Origin: an uncultured virus (IMG/VR IMGVR_UViG_3300044626_000606)
Lineage: Duplodnaviria; Heunggongvirae; Uroviricota; Caudoviricetes
Virus record (IMG/VR): IMGVR_UViG_3300044626_000606
Reading direction: 5' to 3' (one strand)
Length of the DNA: 64,000 bases
Part shown: one piece after another, positions 1-10,021 of the stretch
Layout: every line of letters starts with the position of its first letter
Position numbering within the stretch: position 1 is the stretch's first letter
The notes under the pieces: model-generated
Seen by the model: the letters and a program-made list of their open reading frames with translations, nothing else
Told to the model about the DNA's origin: nothing
Databases searched by the model: none
Made by a program: the position numbers and the translations under genes

Positions 1-1243
1 CCGTGGCGTCAACTGCCAGATGTTCTGGACGGACCCCCTCCTTCTCGCAGATCTCCCGAACCTGTCTGGCAATTTGGAAGTTCCGAGGCTCGTTGGCTTT
101 GGTGGCATCCTCACGGATCACATAAGCCTTGGTGAAGGAGACAGTCGGAAGATCAAGACTGCTCCTACCGAACGCACCTACATAAAGAACTGATCGGTCT
201 CCTCCGTTGGTGAAGGCTGGGTCGAAGCCAGCCACCTTGATCGGTTGGGTTTGCCAAAGAGGTAGGGCTTCGCCATCAAACTTTCTGATATCGGCTTCCG
301 AGTAGATGTTTTGTTCGGCACCAACGGGAGCGGGAAAAGATCGGATAAACCGCCAGTAAGAGAGCGAATTTTCTCCTTGATACTCCTTGGCCTCACGAAG
401 CTGGCGGGATGTCAAAAGGAACGGCCATTGATCGTCGGCGTCCAGATTGGGTGTCTTCTCGCCGTCGAGATGGATGCAATACCCACGGGAAGTTTCCCAC
501 CCGTCCAACTCGGCATTGACACTATTCCAAGTGTTCTTGGGCGTGATGAACTGGCCGAACGGATCGTAGGACGATGCAAAGTTCCCAAGGGCGATGCACT
601 GAAAGAATGGGTTGGAGTCCAAGTTGTGGATCGCCTCAAAAATTGCGGGAGAGACATCCGTAGCCTCGTCGACCAAAAGAAACACACGTTTGTTCTTGAG
701 ACCGATCAGCTTTTCGGTGGCTTCCTTCTCCTTGTCCTTGGCGGACGGGATAAGGGTGATGGATGAGCGGTCACTGCCAGCCTCGTCCAAAATCAGTTTC
801 CCCATCGAGTCGACGATGCGACCTGGGAGTCCCGGAATCTGTAAATGACGCTCACGGATGACTCCCCACATACGTTTTCTGGCTTCACGAACGGATGTCG
901 TGGTGACCAGCACAAGAGTGTTAAACGGATCGCACAACCAATTCACCAATCCCCATAACCCGATGCAGTGGGTTTTGCTGGAGGACTTTGGGCCAGAAAT
1001 GCCTAGGTAATTCCACTTGCAGGCTTCCTCAAAAATCTTCTCTGCCCAAGGATTCCATTGGAATCCGTTTTTGTTCTTCTTGTCGTATGGCCAAAGCAAT
1101 TCAATCACCCTACGAAAATGGCCGTACTTGCCAAAGCCACCACGCTCTGGGCCATAGTTGTCACGAAAGGCCACAAGTTCAATTGTGACATCGGTTGTCC
1201 CGGCTGGCCATACTCGGCCATATCTCTCAAATCCTTGGCTCAC
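1..1243 (-). CDS. terL: Terminase large subunit (3' end runs off the window)
   Basis: Absent from the ORF track because it has no stop in the window. Manual translation from GTG 1243 gives MSQGFERYGRVW..., Walker A GPKSSSKT, Walker B FLLVDEA, coupling motif IALGN and nuclease motif VAGFDPAFTNGGD. Confidence 0.9.
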   Translation of the reverse strand, partial: MSQGFERYGRVWPAGTTDVTIELVAFRDNYGPERGGFGKYGHFRRVIELLWPYDKKNKNGFQWNPWAEKIFEEACKWNYLGISGPKSSSKTHCIGLWGLVNWLCDPFNTLVLVTTTSVREARKRMWGVIRERHLQIPGLPGRIVDSMGKLILDEAGSDRSSITLIPSAKDKEKEATEKLIGLKNKRVFLLVDEATDVSPAIFEAIHNLDSNPFFQCIALGNFASSYDPFGQFITPKNTWNSVNAELDGWETSRGYCIHLDGEKTPNLDADDQWPFLLTSRQLREAKEYQGENSLSYWRFIRSFPAPVGAEQNIYSEADIRKFDGEALPLWQTQPIKVAGFDPAFTNGGDRSVLYVGAFGRSSLDLPTVSFTKAYVIREDATKANEPRNFQIARQVREICEKEGVRPEHLAVDAT

Positions 1244-1291
1244 GATGGAGCAAAGACTATAACAAAACGATTAGCTTGGGGCAAGATTTAG

Positions 1292-2596
1292 TTAACGGCT
1301 GATTTCTTCCCAATCCATCGACCCAAATATGTTTGAGCCACCACCGCCAACGGTTTGAGCCGCAACCGTGATTGTCAACTCATAGGGAGTCGAGGTAAAG
1401 CTATTACGTTCCAGCTGAAACCTAAACAAAGCTTCTTTTAGGATATCCACCGACGGATTCGATTGGTTGGATTGGCTGACAAACCCGCTGGCCAAAATCC
1501 TACCACCAGAAAAGCTGGAGCCAGTAATATTATATTCCATAGAACTATCCGAGCCCGGATCTGCCCAAGTTCCTCCAGAAGTTGTGCCACCAGCCATAAC
1601 GCGCCAATTATAATTACCAGTAGTTGCGGGGAGGACAGACAAAGCGGTCAAGATTGCAATGGAGTCGAGTCTTGTGGACTTTAAGCGGATAGAAACAATT
1701 GGGTAATAAGTACCGGCCACAGTCATATTATAAGGAGTCGTCACAACTGTGTTGGCCGCTTTCTGTGCGCCAAAGAGTTGGTAGCCACCTTCTGAAATGA
1801 CTGTGGAACAGACTTGTTTTAATGTGCTTGAGCCACTGGTCGTGCCAGTATTTGTAATTTCGTAGCGTAGGGGGAGACTGGCTGTGGTGATGTAGGTGGA
1901 GGAAATCAAATTTGCGTGGTGGAACGAATGACAGGTTATGAATTGACCATTGATCACGAAGCCACACCGAACAGTGCCGAGACCGAGCCACTCAATATCC
2001 ATCCACATAATCTGGGCTTTTGTGATGTCGAGGGTGAAACCAGAAGCACCAAGACCGTCGAGTTTGTCGCCATTCCAGTCGGATTTATTGACGGTGGTTG
2101 TCGTGCCTGTGGCCAAACTACGTTCGACAAAACTTAAGGTTGTCCCATTCAGTTCCAAAAAGATTCCGTTGTCTGTGCCAAAGTAACCTACACGTTGTCG
2201 CAAATTGGTTTTTGCTGGGGCAAGAACAAAGGTGTTGAGAACTAAAAGGGATTTCCCCGGTTGGTAGGAGAAAACTTTGGTTGTTTCACGAAGGACTTGT
2301 GATCCGGAGGATGACGAAACAGCGAGGTCGACTAGGCCTTGGTTTGCGTTGAAGCTCGTCGAACCACCCGTAGCGGTAGAGGTATTCCACAACGCATTGT
2401 CTTGGTAGCGGTGGCTTGATTCGAAAAGGGTAAACGGAAGTCCAGCCCGAAGCCTCCCAAAAGCGTCAGTTGGGATTCCGCTATTAGTGGCCGAAAGACT
2501 AATCCCATTATAGAGTAGGCTATTTATCTTATGTAAGGATCTTGATTCTTCGTCACCTGGCAAGGGATAGTTGTTTTCTGGGTAATAAACAGGCAT
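1292..2596 (-). CDS. Virion structural/decoration protein (DAFGRLR-type beta-rich protein)
   Basis: 434 aa with a TDAFGRLR motif, YQPGKS and EWLGLG motifs; Ser/Thr-rich; resembles structural proteins of aquatic phages. Confidence 0.6.
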   Translation of the reverse strand: MPVYYPENNYPLPGDEESRSLHKINSLLYNGISLSATNSGIPTDAFGRLRAGLPFTLFESSHRYQDNALWNTSTATGGSTSFNANQGLVDLAVSSSSGSQVLRETTKVFSYQPGKSLLVLNTFVLAPAKTNLRQRVGYFGTDNGIFLELNGTTLSFVERSLATGTTTTVNKSDWNGDKLDGLGASGFTLDITKAQIMWMDIEWLGLGTVRCGFVINGQFITCHSFHHANLISSTYITTASLPLRYEITNTGTTSGSSTLKQVCSTVISEGGYQLFGAQKAANTVVTTPYNMTVAGTYYPIVSIRLKSTRLDSIAILTALSVLPATTGNYNWRVMAGGTTSGGTWADPGSDSSMEYNITGSSFSGGRILASGFVSQSNQSNPSVDILKEALFRFQLERNSFTSTPYELTITVAAQTVGGGGSNIFGSMDWEEISR

Positions 2597-2602
2597 AGGA
2601 CA

Positions 2603-2629
2603 ACCTTAAGGCCATTCGGGACAAGTCAA
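2603..2629 (-). promoter_or_regulatory. Promoter TTGACT-N15-TAAGGT, ATG 6 nt downstream
   Basis: Read directly from sequence; one of six 15-bp-spacer promoters. Confidence 0.55.
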
Positions 2630-2723
2630 CCATAACCGAAGAATTGTCTTGCCTAGATTAATCCAGTATGTACATCCAAACGCAATATGTGGGGGTCAAC
2701 CCAAACAAAAGGAGAAACATCTA

Positions 2724-3182
2724 GTGACGATAACAAAAGAATTAATGGCGATCGATCCCGGCAAATCGGGGGGAATAGCTTGGAAAATGGCGTATGGTGC
2801 GAGAGCCATACCAATGCCACAGACCGAGACGGACATAGCCAACAAATTAAAAGAGGTTTATTACCATCTGGACCACCCGACAGTGATCGTGGAGGAGGTG
2901 GGTGGATACATCGGAAGACCACAGCCGGGATCGGCCATGTTCACTTTTGGACGAAATTTCGGATTCATCTTGGGTGTTCTGACCACAATCGGCGCAAGGG
3001 TCGTTTTGGTAAGGCCGCAAAAATGGCAGGGATATTTGAGCCTTGGCAAAAGCGAGGGTGACAAGACCAAGTGGAAAAACAAACTTAAACAAAGAGCGCA
3101 AAGTCTGTTCCCGTCGTTGGATGTGACTCTGGCCACGGCGGACGCTTTGCTTTTGCTGGAATACGGAAACAAGACTGAATGA
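2724..3182 (+). CDS. RuvC-like Holliday junction resolvase
   Basis: Motifs AIDPGKSGGIA, VEEV, FTFGRNFG, PQKW, ADALL. GTG start at 2724 follows AGGAG. Confidence 0.85.
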   Translation: MTITKELMAIDPGKSGGIAWKMAYGARAIPMPQTETDIANKLKEVYYHLDHPTVIVEEVGGYIGRPQPGSAMFTFGRNFGFILGVLTTIGARVVLVRPQKWQGYLSLGKSEGDKTKWKNKLKQRAQSLFPSLDVTLATADALLLLEYGNKTE

Positions 3183-4450
3183 GCGTTGAGCTATACGAGT
3201 GGCAGAAGCCGTCTGCCGAGACCTTGCTGGAAAGTCTGAACCAGCATCGTGTGGCCGCAGACTGGAGCGACACTGGGACTGGCAAGACGGCAAAGGCGGT
3301 ATGGATTGCGAAACAACTGGGTCAACCAGTCGGGGTAATCTGTCCGAAAGCTGTCATACCCGCCTGGAAGAACTGGCTGAAGACCGCAAAAGTAAAGCCA
3401 CTCTTCATCCACAACTACGAAAAGTTGCGGACAGGGAAGACTGGGTTTGGAGCTTTTAAAAACGGAATGTGGGTGTGGTCGGACAAGTTGCCGAAGGACA
3501 CTCTTTTAATCTGGGACGAAGTCCACAAGTGCAAAGGGGCAAACAGCCTTAACGGGAAGATGCTCATCCAGAGCAAGACATTCAACACGCTTATGCTCTC
3601 GGCTACTTTTGCGTCAAACCCGTTGGATATGCGTTCGACGGGTTATGTGCTGGGCTTGCACGAGTACGGCAACTTCTTTTCTTGGGCGATCCGCAATGGG
3701 GTCAAGAAAGCTCCCTGGGGTGCGTTGGCCTACTTCGGCGGTAAACGGAAACTGGCTGAAATCCACAAGGCAATGGGGGATAGAGCCAGCCGAATCAAGA
3801 TTGAGGATCTGGGGGACAAGTTTCCCGACAACGAGGTCTTTGCCGAAGCCTATGACTGCGGGGATGTGCAAGGGTTGTACGACGAGCTTGAGAAGAAACT
3901 TGCCGAGATTGCCGCCAGCAAGGCAAAGGACAGACCTCACCCTATGACCGAAATCTTGAGGGCAAGGCAGGAGTCGGAGCTTGTGCGGGTTCCAGTCCTC
4001 ATCGATATGGCGGAAGCTTTGTTGGACGAGGGGCGAAGCGTGGTGATCTTCTGCACTTTCCGAGGGACAATCGAAGCCCTCAAGGCAAAACTCAAAAACG
4101 CTTGCGTTATCTGGGGAGACCAGTCGGACGAGGAGCGGGAGCAGATGCTGGCGGATTTCCAGGACGACTCCCACCACATAATGTTGTGCCAAATCCAAAG
4201 CGGTGGCGTGGGGGTTTCGTTGCACGACACCCACGGGAAAAGACCAAGAAGTTCCTTGATCTGCCCGACCTATTCGGCTATTGACCTAAAGCAGGCCTTG
4301 GGTCGGATTCATCGGGCTGGGGCAAAAAGTAAAGCTGTACAACGAATCATTTTTGCGGCTGACTCTATCGAAGAAACCGTCATGCGAAGAGTCAAAGCAA
4401 AGTTGAAAAACATAGAAACACTCAATGACGGGGATATGGAGACCATATGA
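3179..4450 (+). CDS. SF2 (SNF2-like) DNA helicase
   Basis: Motifs TGTGKT, DEVH, LSAT, SGGVGVSL, QALGRIHR. Confidence 0.9.
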   Translation: MSVELYEWQKPSAETLLESLNQHRVAADWSDTGTGKTAKAVWIAKQLGQPVGVICPKAVIPAWKNWLKTAKVKPLFIHNYEKLRTGKTGFGAFKNGMWVWSDKLPKDTLLIWDEVHKCKGANSLNGKMLIQSKTFNTLMLSATFASNPLDMRSTGYVLGLHEYGNFFSWAIRNGVKKAPWGALAYFGGKRKLAEIHKAMGDRASRIKIEDLGDKFPDNEVFAEAYDCGDVQGLYDELEKKLAEIAASKAKDRPHPMTEILRARQESELVRVPVLIDMAEALLDEGRSVVIFCTFRGTIEALKAKLKNACVIWGDQSDEEREQMLADFQDDSHHIMLCQIQSGGVGVSLHDTHGKRPRSSLICPTYSAIDLKQALGRIHRAGAKSKAVQRIIFAADSIEETVMRRVKAKLKNIETLNDGDMETI

Positions 4451-4623
4451 AGAAAAACAATGAAGAGCTAAATCAAAAAATGTCGCAGATTGCTGGACAT
4501 TTCTATTTGCTGGCACAGCAGTATTTCGGGGATATCCGTGGCAAGGAAATCCCGCAGTGGGAGAAGCAACTGCAATTGGGCATTGACATGTACGAGGATC
4601 TTAGGGAAAAGTTCACGCAATGA
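4447..4623 (+). CDS. Hypothetical protein (58 aa)
   Basis: MKKNNEELNQ...KFTQ fills the gap with ATGA overlaps on both sides. Confidence 0.6.
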   Translation: MKKNNEELNQKMSQIAGHFYLLAQQYFGDIRGKEIPQWEKQLQLGIDMYEDLREKFTQ

Positions 4624-4862
4624 GCGCACATCACGAATACTCCCCGTCGCAGTTGATGTATCGGGAAGCCTGCCCTGGCTGGAAGCCAGACAACGGACCG
4701 CAATCCGTGGCGGCGGCCGAGGGGACTTTGATGCATCACGCTTTGGAAACGGGAGACTGCTCTGGGCTGACGGAAGAGCAGGTGCGATGCGTCGAGATGG
4801 TGTCCAACCTATTCAAGGAACTGGAGGAGGAACTCGCCAATGACGATTCTACGGGAGCTTAA
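4620..4862 (+). CDS. Cas4-like/DUF2800 exonuclease, N-terminal part
   Basis: HHEYSPSQL...CPGW...AAAEGTLMHHALE matches the N-terminus of phage Cas4-like PD-(D/E)XK nucleases. Confidence 0.75.
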   Translation: MSAHHEYSPSQLMYREACPGWKPDNGPQSVAAAEGTLMHHALETGDCSGLTEEQVRCVEMVSNLFKELEEELANDDSTGA

Positions 4863-5706
4863 ACTCAACATAATGAACGGGCTGACCTTCGGGACAGCCG
4901 ATATGGTGATGGTTAAGGGAGATCGTGCCATCATTGGTGACGCCAAGTTCGGGTGGAATCCAGTCGAGGATGCCGAGAAGAACCTACAGGGATGGGCGTA
5001 TGCCATCGGTGTGATGGAGAAGTTTCCGAAGGTGATGATGGTCGATGTCGTCTTTGCCCAGCCAAGACTAGATATGGTCAGCAAGGCGAGGTTCTTCCGC
5101 AACGCCGATCTGGAAAAGATGAAGCTTCGGGTGATGGCCGTGATTGCAAGAGCCAAGGATCACAAGCCAGAAGATTTGCGACCCAGCGAATTCTCTTGTC
5201 TCTATTGCGGAGCCAAGGCAACCTGTACGGCCTTGCACAAAAAAGCCCTCATCATCTCGAGCAAGTTTGCCCCTCTGGCGGAGGATGGTGAGCTTATCGA
5301 TCTCTACAACCCGTCACAACTGGCGACTCCAGAACTGCGTGGGAAGGCGGAGATTCTGCGGAGAGTGCTCGAGCCGTGGTGTGAAAAGGTTCGCAAGGAA
5401 AATTTACGGTATGCCGTCGAGGAGGGGGAGGATATCCCCGGCTTCGAGGTTAAATCCAGGTCGGGTCGACGGACGGTGTCCGATTCGCAACTGACTTGGG
5501 AACTGGTCAAGGATCGGCTGACTCCAGAGGAGTTTGCCGCCGTGACCGAAATATCCGTGGCGCAACTTCTGAAGGCGTACTCCTCAAAGGCACCGAGAGG
5601 TTCCAAGGAGAAGCTCAAACAGGAGATCGAAGACAAACTCACCGAGGCAGGTGTTCTGCAGGGTGGGGATGAGATTCGATATTTACAAAGAATAAAGGAA
5701 AAATAA
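4840..5706 (+). CDS. Cas4-like/DUF2800 exonuclease, C-terminal part
   Basis: Motifs FGTAD, DAKFG, NLQGWAY, QPR and CLYCGAKATC; own GGAGGAGG ribosome-binding site. Confidence 0.8.
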   Translation: MTILRELKLNIMNGLTFGTADMVMVKGDRAIIGDAKFGWNPVEDAEKNLQGWAYAIGVMEKFPKVMMVDVVFAQPRLDMVSKARFFRNADLEKMKLRVMAVIARAKDHKPEDLRPSEFSCLYCGAKATCTALHKKALIISSKFAPLAEDGELIDLYNPSQLATPELRGKAEILRRVLEPWCEKVRKENLRYAVEEGEDIPGFEVKSRSGRRTVSDSQLTWELVKDRLTPEEFAAVTEISVAQLLKAYSSKAPRGSKEKLKQEIEDKLTEAGVLQGGDEIRYLQRIKEK

Positions 5707-5712
5707 TAAAAT

Positions 5713-6489
5713 ATGAAAACCTCATTCGCCAAACCGGCGAGCAAACCCGCAACGAAACCCGTGGCCACCGCCAAACCGGCTCCGCAAGAGGAAGCCGTCG
5801 AGGAGACATCCGAATCGACGCTTGCCGTCCGTGAGAGCTCGGAGGTGGCTATGCCGATCCAGGGTATGGACGGACAGATCCAGGGGGAGTTCTCCCGCCG
5901 TGATCTGACCATCCCGAAACTGAATCTGGTCAACAAGACTGGCGAACTATCCAACACGTTCCCCGCAGGAAGCTTCCTCTACAATCGTGAGGTTGTGATT
6001 GGCGACGGCAAGAAGCCGTGCCAGATCACGATCACCCGCATGGCGAAGTTCTACCTGCAGGATCTGCCCTACGGATCGGGCGAGATGCCGAAGAACTTCT
6101 CCACGCTGCGTGATGTCCGCGCGGCTGGCGGGGCTCTGGCCAACGACCCGGAAGCCGAGGAGGGCGTGGATCGCTACTCCGAGGCGATGACCTGCATCGT
6201 TCTGGTCAAGTCCCCCGAAAAGAACCACGCCTTGTTCCCCTTTGAGTACAACGGGGAGTTCTACGCGTTGGCTCAGTGGTTGCTGACCAAGTCAGCCTAC
6301 AAGCAGACTGGTCGCAAGCTGTTCACCGATTCCCAGCTGGCTCTGCGAGCCGGGGTCGACACGGCTAGCTACGAATTGACGTCCAGCATCCGCACGAACA
6401 GCCAGGGCTCCTGGTATGTTCCGGTGGTCAAGCTCGGTGCGAAACACGACGAGAAGTTCGTCGAGTTCGTCCGTAGCATCACCAGCTAA
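5713..6489 (+). CDS. Putative ssDNA-binding/annealing protein
   Basis: Lies between the exonuclease and PolA; RDLTIPKLNLV motif; low-complexity N-terminus. Confidence 0.55.
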   Translation: MKTSFAKPASKPATKPVATAKPAPQEEAVEETSESTLAVRESSEVAMPIQGMDGQIQGEFSRRDLTIPKLNLVNKTGELSNTFPAGSFLYNREVVIGDGKKPCQITITRMAKFYLQDLPYGSGEMPKNFSTLRDVRAAGGALANDPEAEEGVDRYSEAMTCIVLVKSPEKNHALFPFEYNGEFYALAQWLLTKSAYKQTGRKLFTDSQLALRAGVDTASYELTSSIRTNSQGSWYVPVVKLGAKHDEKFVEFVRSITS

Positions 6490-6496
6490 GACGACA

Positions 6497-6868
6497 ATGG
6501 AAGTTCCCGCTCATGGTGCGCAGGGAGATCCTGCGACGGCCCCAAACGAAAGCCTCCAGGCCATAGAAACAAGCGAGGAACTTTTCTGCCCATCCGTTCA
6601 AGAAGTTGCGGATCTGGCGTGGCAAGTGGTGTCCAGAATTATGGGCAAGGGCTCGGACAAAAGCGTGTTTGGCCAGTGGTATCACACCGATTCCAGAAGG
6701 TACAACGCCGACCGAGCCATCAACCACATTTGCCAAGCTATGATGCAGATTGACGGCAACCGCAAGACTCCAGACGCAAACAACGAGGGGCCGATCGACC
6801 ACTTGGAGAGGGCTTTGGTTCGGTCGGTCTTCCTCCTTTACAAAACAATTAAGGGGAAAACTCAATGA
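6497..6868 (+). CDS. dATP/dGTP diphosphohydrolase-like protein (DUF5664-like)
   Basis: Pattern VSRIMGKGSDK...W...Y.ADRAINH...D.NNEGPIDHLERA...FL. Confidence 0.55.
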   Translation: MEVPAHGAQGDPATAPNESLQAIETSEELFCPSVQEVADLAWQVVSRIMGKGSDKSVFGQWYHTDSRRYNADRAINHICQAMMQIDGNRKTPDANNEGPIDHLERALVRSVFLLYKTIKGKTQ

Positions 6869-7146
6869 AGAAAACCAACAAGAAATCGGTATCCGCCTGC
6901 GTGCTCAAGAAGGATGCGGAGGAGTTCCGCAAGCTCCCGAAGGATCTTGGGCAGATTATCCTAAAAGAGATACGGGATGTGGATATGTGCGAGATGGTGA
7001 TGGAAACGGATGACAAAACGGCAAAGCTTGTGGCCGACATCGGTCGGAAGCTGATCAAGGAGGACACGGAAGCCTTGTTCGGATATGCCGTTAGGAAGGC
7101 AATCGAGGACATTGTCAAGGAAAACGGAAGGCTGGGTCGCAAATGA
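6865..7146 (+). CDS. Hypothetical protein
   Basis: ATGA-coupled ORF in the replication operon. Confidence 0.6.
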   Translation: MKKTNKKSVSACVLKKDAEEFRKLPKDLGQIILKEIRDVDMCEMVMETDDKTAKLVADIGRKLIKEDTEALFGYAVRKAIEDIVKENGRLGRK

Positions 7147-7321
7147 AGGAAATCGCAGACGGAATTTTCTTGTGGTGTTTCATCAAACTTGCCAGTCTCT
7201 GGTTCGGTGACGTTGCCTTCACCTCTTGTCCGAAAACGGATCGTGTGCAGACCATGATCTTTTCGTCGAGGGAAGGAACCGTCGGAAAGATTTTTGAGTA
7301 TATGCAAAAGGAGAACATCCT

Positions 7322-7549
7322 GTGATCAACCGAGAACTTGAAAGACTTCGTTCGTTTTACAACGGACTGACCGACACGCTTGAGGTGTGCCAAAAAAGAA
7401 TGGTGGAGACCAACGGGGTAATTGAAGGACTTGTCGGATTGTGCCAAGAACACCTTACGATGCTTTCAGACCTAGAGTATGAAAACGCAAAACTTCGACA
7501 AGAAAACAGAAACATAAAAACATATATGGAACAAAAAGGAGGAAACTAA
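7322..7549 (+). CDS. Hypothetical coiled-coil protein
   Basis: Coupled ORF with an AGGAG RBS. Confidence 0.55.
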   Translation: MINRELERLRSFYNGLTDTLEVCQKRMVETNGVIEGLVGLCQEHLTMLSDLEYENAKLRQENRNIKTYMEQKGGN

Positions 7550-7550
7550 A

Positions 7551-7775
7551 ATGCAGGAGTTCATTCTTGGTGTCATTGTGGGCATCTGCCTACATCACCT
7601 GTGGATCTGGTGGAAGCATCGGGTAACCTATACGACAACCAGCTACACAACCAATACGGGCAAGACGCATTATGTGAGTTACGCAATGCCGAAGCTCAAC
7701 TTAAAGAACGTCAATGTCTGGCCGTTTAGGAAGGCGGAGGATGTCTTCGTCGGGAAGAAACGGAGGAAGAAATGA
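7551..7775 (+). CDS. Small membrane protein
   Basis: N-terminal hydrophobic helix; AGGAGG RBS. Confidence 0.55.
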   Translation: MQEFILGVIVGICLHHLWIWWKHRVTYTTTSYTTNTGKTHYVSYAMPKLNLKNVNVWPFRKAEDVFVGKKRRKK

Positions 7776-8054
7776 TCGAGGCGATCAAGTTTTTGTTCAC
7801 GGCTGTCTTGGTCGTGTCCATCCTAACTGGGATCGTCTTCGTGTGCTGCTTCGGAGCTTGGTTCTTTGACAGGTGGAGGAAAGAGCGATGAGGCATCTTG
7901 AGCAGACCATTGACCAGTTGGCTATGCGGGTTTCCGAACTGGAGGCTCGTCTGGACAAAATGGAGAGGGATTCGTACTTCCAAAGATCGCTCTCTGAGCC
8001 TGTGGAAGTTATCGGATCGTGGCAAACAAGCGGAAATCTAGAGGAGAACAAAAT

Positions 8055-8264
8055 ATGAGCGTTGATGTGAGAATCCGTGCCTCCGAGGACACGGAAAACA
8101 AGAAATTGAAACTGGAGGTGCATGTCGATCGTTTTGGAGCTACGGAGCTAGAACTTGCCGTGGCCGAGAAGCTTTACCGAAAGGCCGAGATCCTTGTGGA
8201 GGGTCTGGTCCAGGAGGTGGAGACCAAAACAGACGAGGAGCCTTCCCGAATTATCGTCCCGTAA
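8055..8264 (+). CDS. Hypothetical protein
   Basis: GAGGAG RBS; stop codon overlaps the polymerase start. Confidence 0.55.
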   Translation: MSVDVRIRASEDTENKKLKLEVHVDRFGATELELAVAEKLYRKAEILVEGLVQEVETKTDEEPSRIIVP

Positions 8265-10021
8265 TGTACGCCATTGATTTCGAGACGACCTACTCGTCCG
8301 ATGTAAACATCGACAAGTTGGGGCAATGGCATTACCTTCGGCATCCGACGACTGACCCGTATCTGGTGTCCATTGTTGGACCAGATATGGAATATGTGGG
8401 GAGACCAGAAAAGGCTCCCTGGGACAAGATCGACGGGAAGCATTGGGTGGCGCACAACTACTCCTTCGACGGAGCAGTGATGGATGTTCTCCGTGAGAAG
8501 GGGATCACCCAAGCCAAGCCTTCCAAATTCACCTGCACGGCAAACTTGTCGGTGTTTATGGGAGCACCGAGAAACTTGGGTGGAGCGTCGAAGGAACTAC
8601 TTGGCGTTTCTGTGGACAAAGACCCGAGAGCCTTTATGAAGGGCAAGACTTGGGATGAGGTAGTGGCTTTGGGCAAGGCTTCCGAGATTGAGCAGTATGC
8701 GCTCAACGACTCGAAGCACTGCCTTGATCTGGCGAAGACATTCCTAGGGCGGATGCCAGAGACGGAACAAAGGCTGTCCAGACAGACGATCAAGATGGGG
8801 TGGCGTGGCTTCAATGTGGACAAGGAGCTAGTCGACAAGGGGCTCAACAAGCTTGATTGGATTCGCATCCAGGCCAACCAGAAGCTGCCGTGGGCGGACG
8901 ACGATCACACGGGCGATGTGCTTAAAGTGACCGAACTGGCGAAAGCTTGCCGTGAGGCCGGAATTCCTGTTCCTCCATCGACATCCGAAGACGACCCAGC
9001 GTGCATTCGGTGGGAAGATGAATTCGGGGACAAGTATCCTTGGGTGGGAGCGATGCGGGATTGGCGCAAGTCCAATATGCTTTTCACCAAGCTTGAGCTT
9101 CTCTGGAAGCGTCGTCGTCCAGACGGAACTGTGCCTTACGGACTAAAGTACTTCGGTGCCCAGACGGGTCGTTGGTCTGGGGAATCGAGATTCAATTTCC
9201 AGAATTTACCCAAGGGAGATGTGCACGGAGTCGATCTTAGGGCCTGCATTGTACCCAGGGCGGGAAAGAAATTTATCATCTCCGATTTGGCACAGATTGA
9301 GCCAAGGGTTCTAGCTTGGCTCTGTGGAGACGAGGATTTGTTGTCCGCCATCCGAAGCGGTTACGGAATCTACGAGGCGTTCGCTGTTGCCGCCGGGTTA
9401 TGGAAGGGCAAGAAGGGTACGCTCAAGAAGGGCGACCCAGCCAAGTACGCTCTGGCCAAAGCGCAGGTGTTGGGGCTTGGCTACGGGTGCGGATACAAGA
9501 AATTCGTGCTGGTCGCCAAGATGATGGCTGGGCTCGAACTGGACGAGGAGAAATCTAGGACGATCGTGGAAGGCTACCGCCGCAAGAACCACAAGGTCGT
9601 GGCTTTGTGGAACAAACTTGAGAGGACATTCAAGGAGTCCCAGGGCGAAGACTGCCACATCGAGCTTCCGTCTGGCAGGGCTCAGAAATACTTCGGTATT
9701 ACAAGCCAGATGGGTCTCCACGGGAAACCCGACTGGAGGGCTGGGGTAAATATGGGTGGACCCAAGTTTCCGTTCTGGGGCGGGAAGCTGTGCGAGAACT
9801 TGGTGCAGGCGACGGCTCGGGATGTGTTTGGCGAGTGTCTGCTCCGTCTGGAAGATGCGGGGCTTGACATCCTCGCCCATGTCCACGACGAAGTAATTTT
9901 AGAAGTGGACAAAGACGTCACTTGCGACGATGTTAATAGGCTTATGGCAGTCACCCCAGAATGGCTTGAAGGATGTCCGATTGAGGCCGAAAGCCAGGAT
10001 GCGGAGTGTTACAAGAAATGA
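8264..10021 (+). CDS. DNA polymerase family A with 3'-5' exonuclease
   Basis: Exo motifs AIDFET, HNYSFD, YALND; pol motifs TGRWSG, DLAQIEPR, AKAQVLGLGYG (Leu at the E. coli 762 position), ENLVQATARD, HVHDE. Confidence 0.95.
   Translation: MYAIDFETTYSSDVNIDKLGQWHYLRHPTTDPYLVSIVGPDMEYVGRPEKAPWDKIDGKHWVAHNYSFDGAVMDVLREKGITQAKPSKFTCTANLSVFMGAPRNLGGASKELLGVSVDKDPRAFMKGKTWDEVVALGKASEIEQYALNDSKHCLDLAKTFLGRMPETEQRLSRQTIKMGWRGFNVDKELVDKGLNKLDWIRIQANQKLPWADDDHTGDVLKVTELAKACREAGIPVPPSTSEDDPACIRWEDEFGDKYPWVGAMRDWRKSNMLFTKLELLWKRRRPDGTVPYGLKYFGAQTGRWSGESRFNFQNLPKGDVHGVDLRACIVPRAGKKFIISDLAQIEPRVLAWLCGDEDLLSAIRSGYGIYEAFAVAAGLWKGKKGTLKKGDPAKYALAKAQVLGLGYGCGYKKFVLVAKMMAGLELDEEKSRTIVEGYRRKNHKVVALWNKLERTFKESQGEDCHIELPSGRAQKYFGITSQMGLHGKPDWRAGVNMGGPKFPFWGGKLCENLVQATARDVFGECLLRLEDAGLDILAHVHDEVILEVDKDVTCDDVNRLMAVTPEWLEGCPIEAESQDAECYKK

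Noticed and set aside
178..1291. Short ORFs listed in the track at the left edge
   Set aside because: They overlap the true TerL frame on the - strand.
4620..5706. Cas4-like gene as evidence of a CRISPR-Cas system
   Set aside because: No repeat-spacer array or other cas genes seen; such nucleases are routine in phage replication modules.
6497..6868. Z-genome (2-aminoadenine) pathway
   Set aside because: No PurZ or DatZ-like gene is recognisable in the window; a DUF5664-like ORF alone is insufficient.
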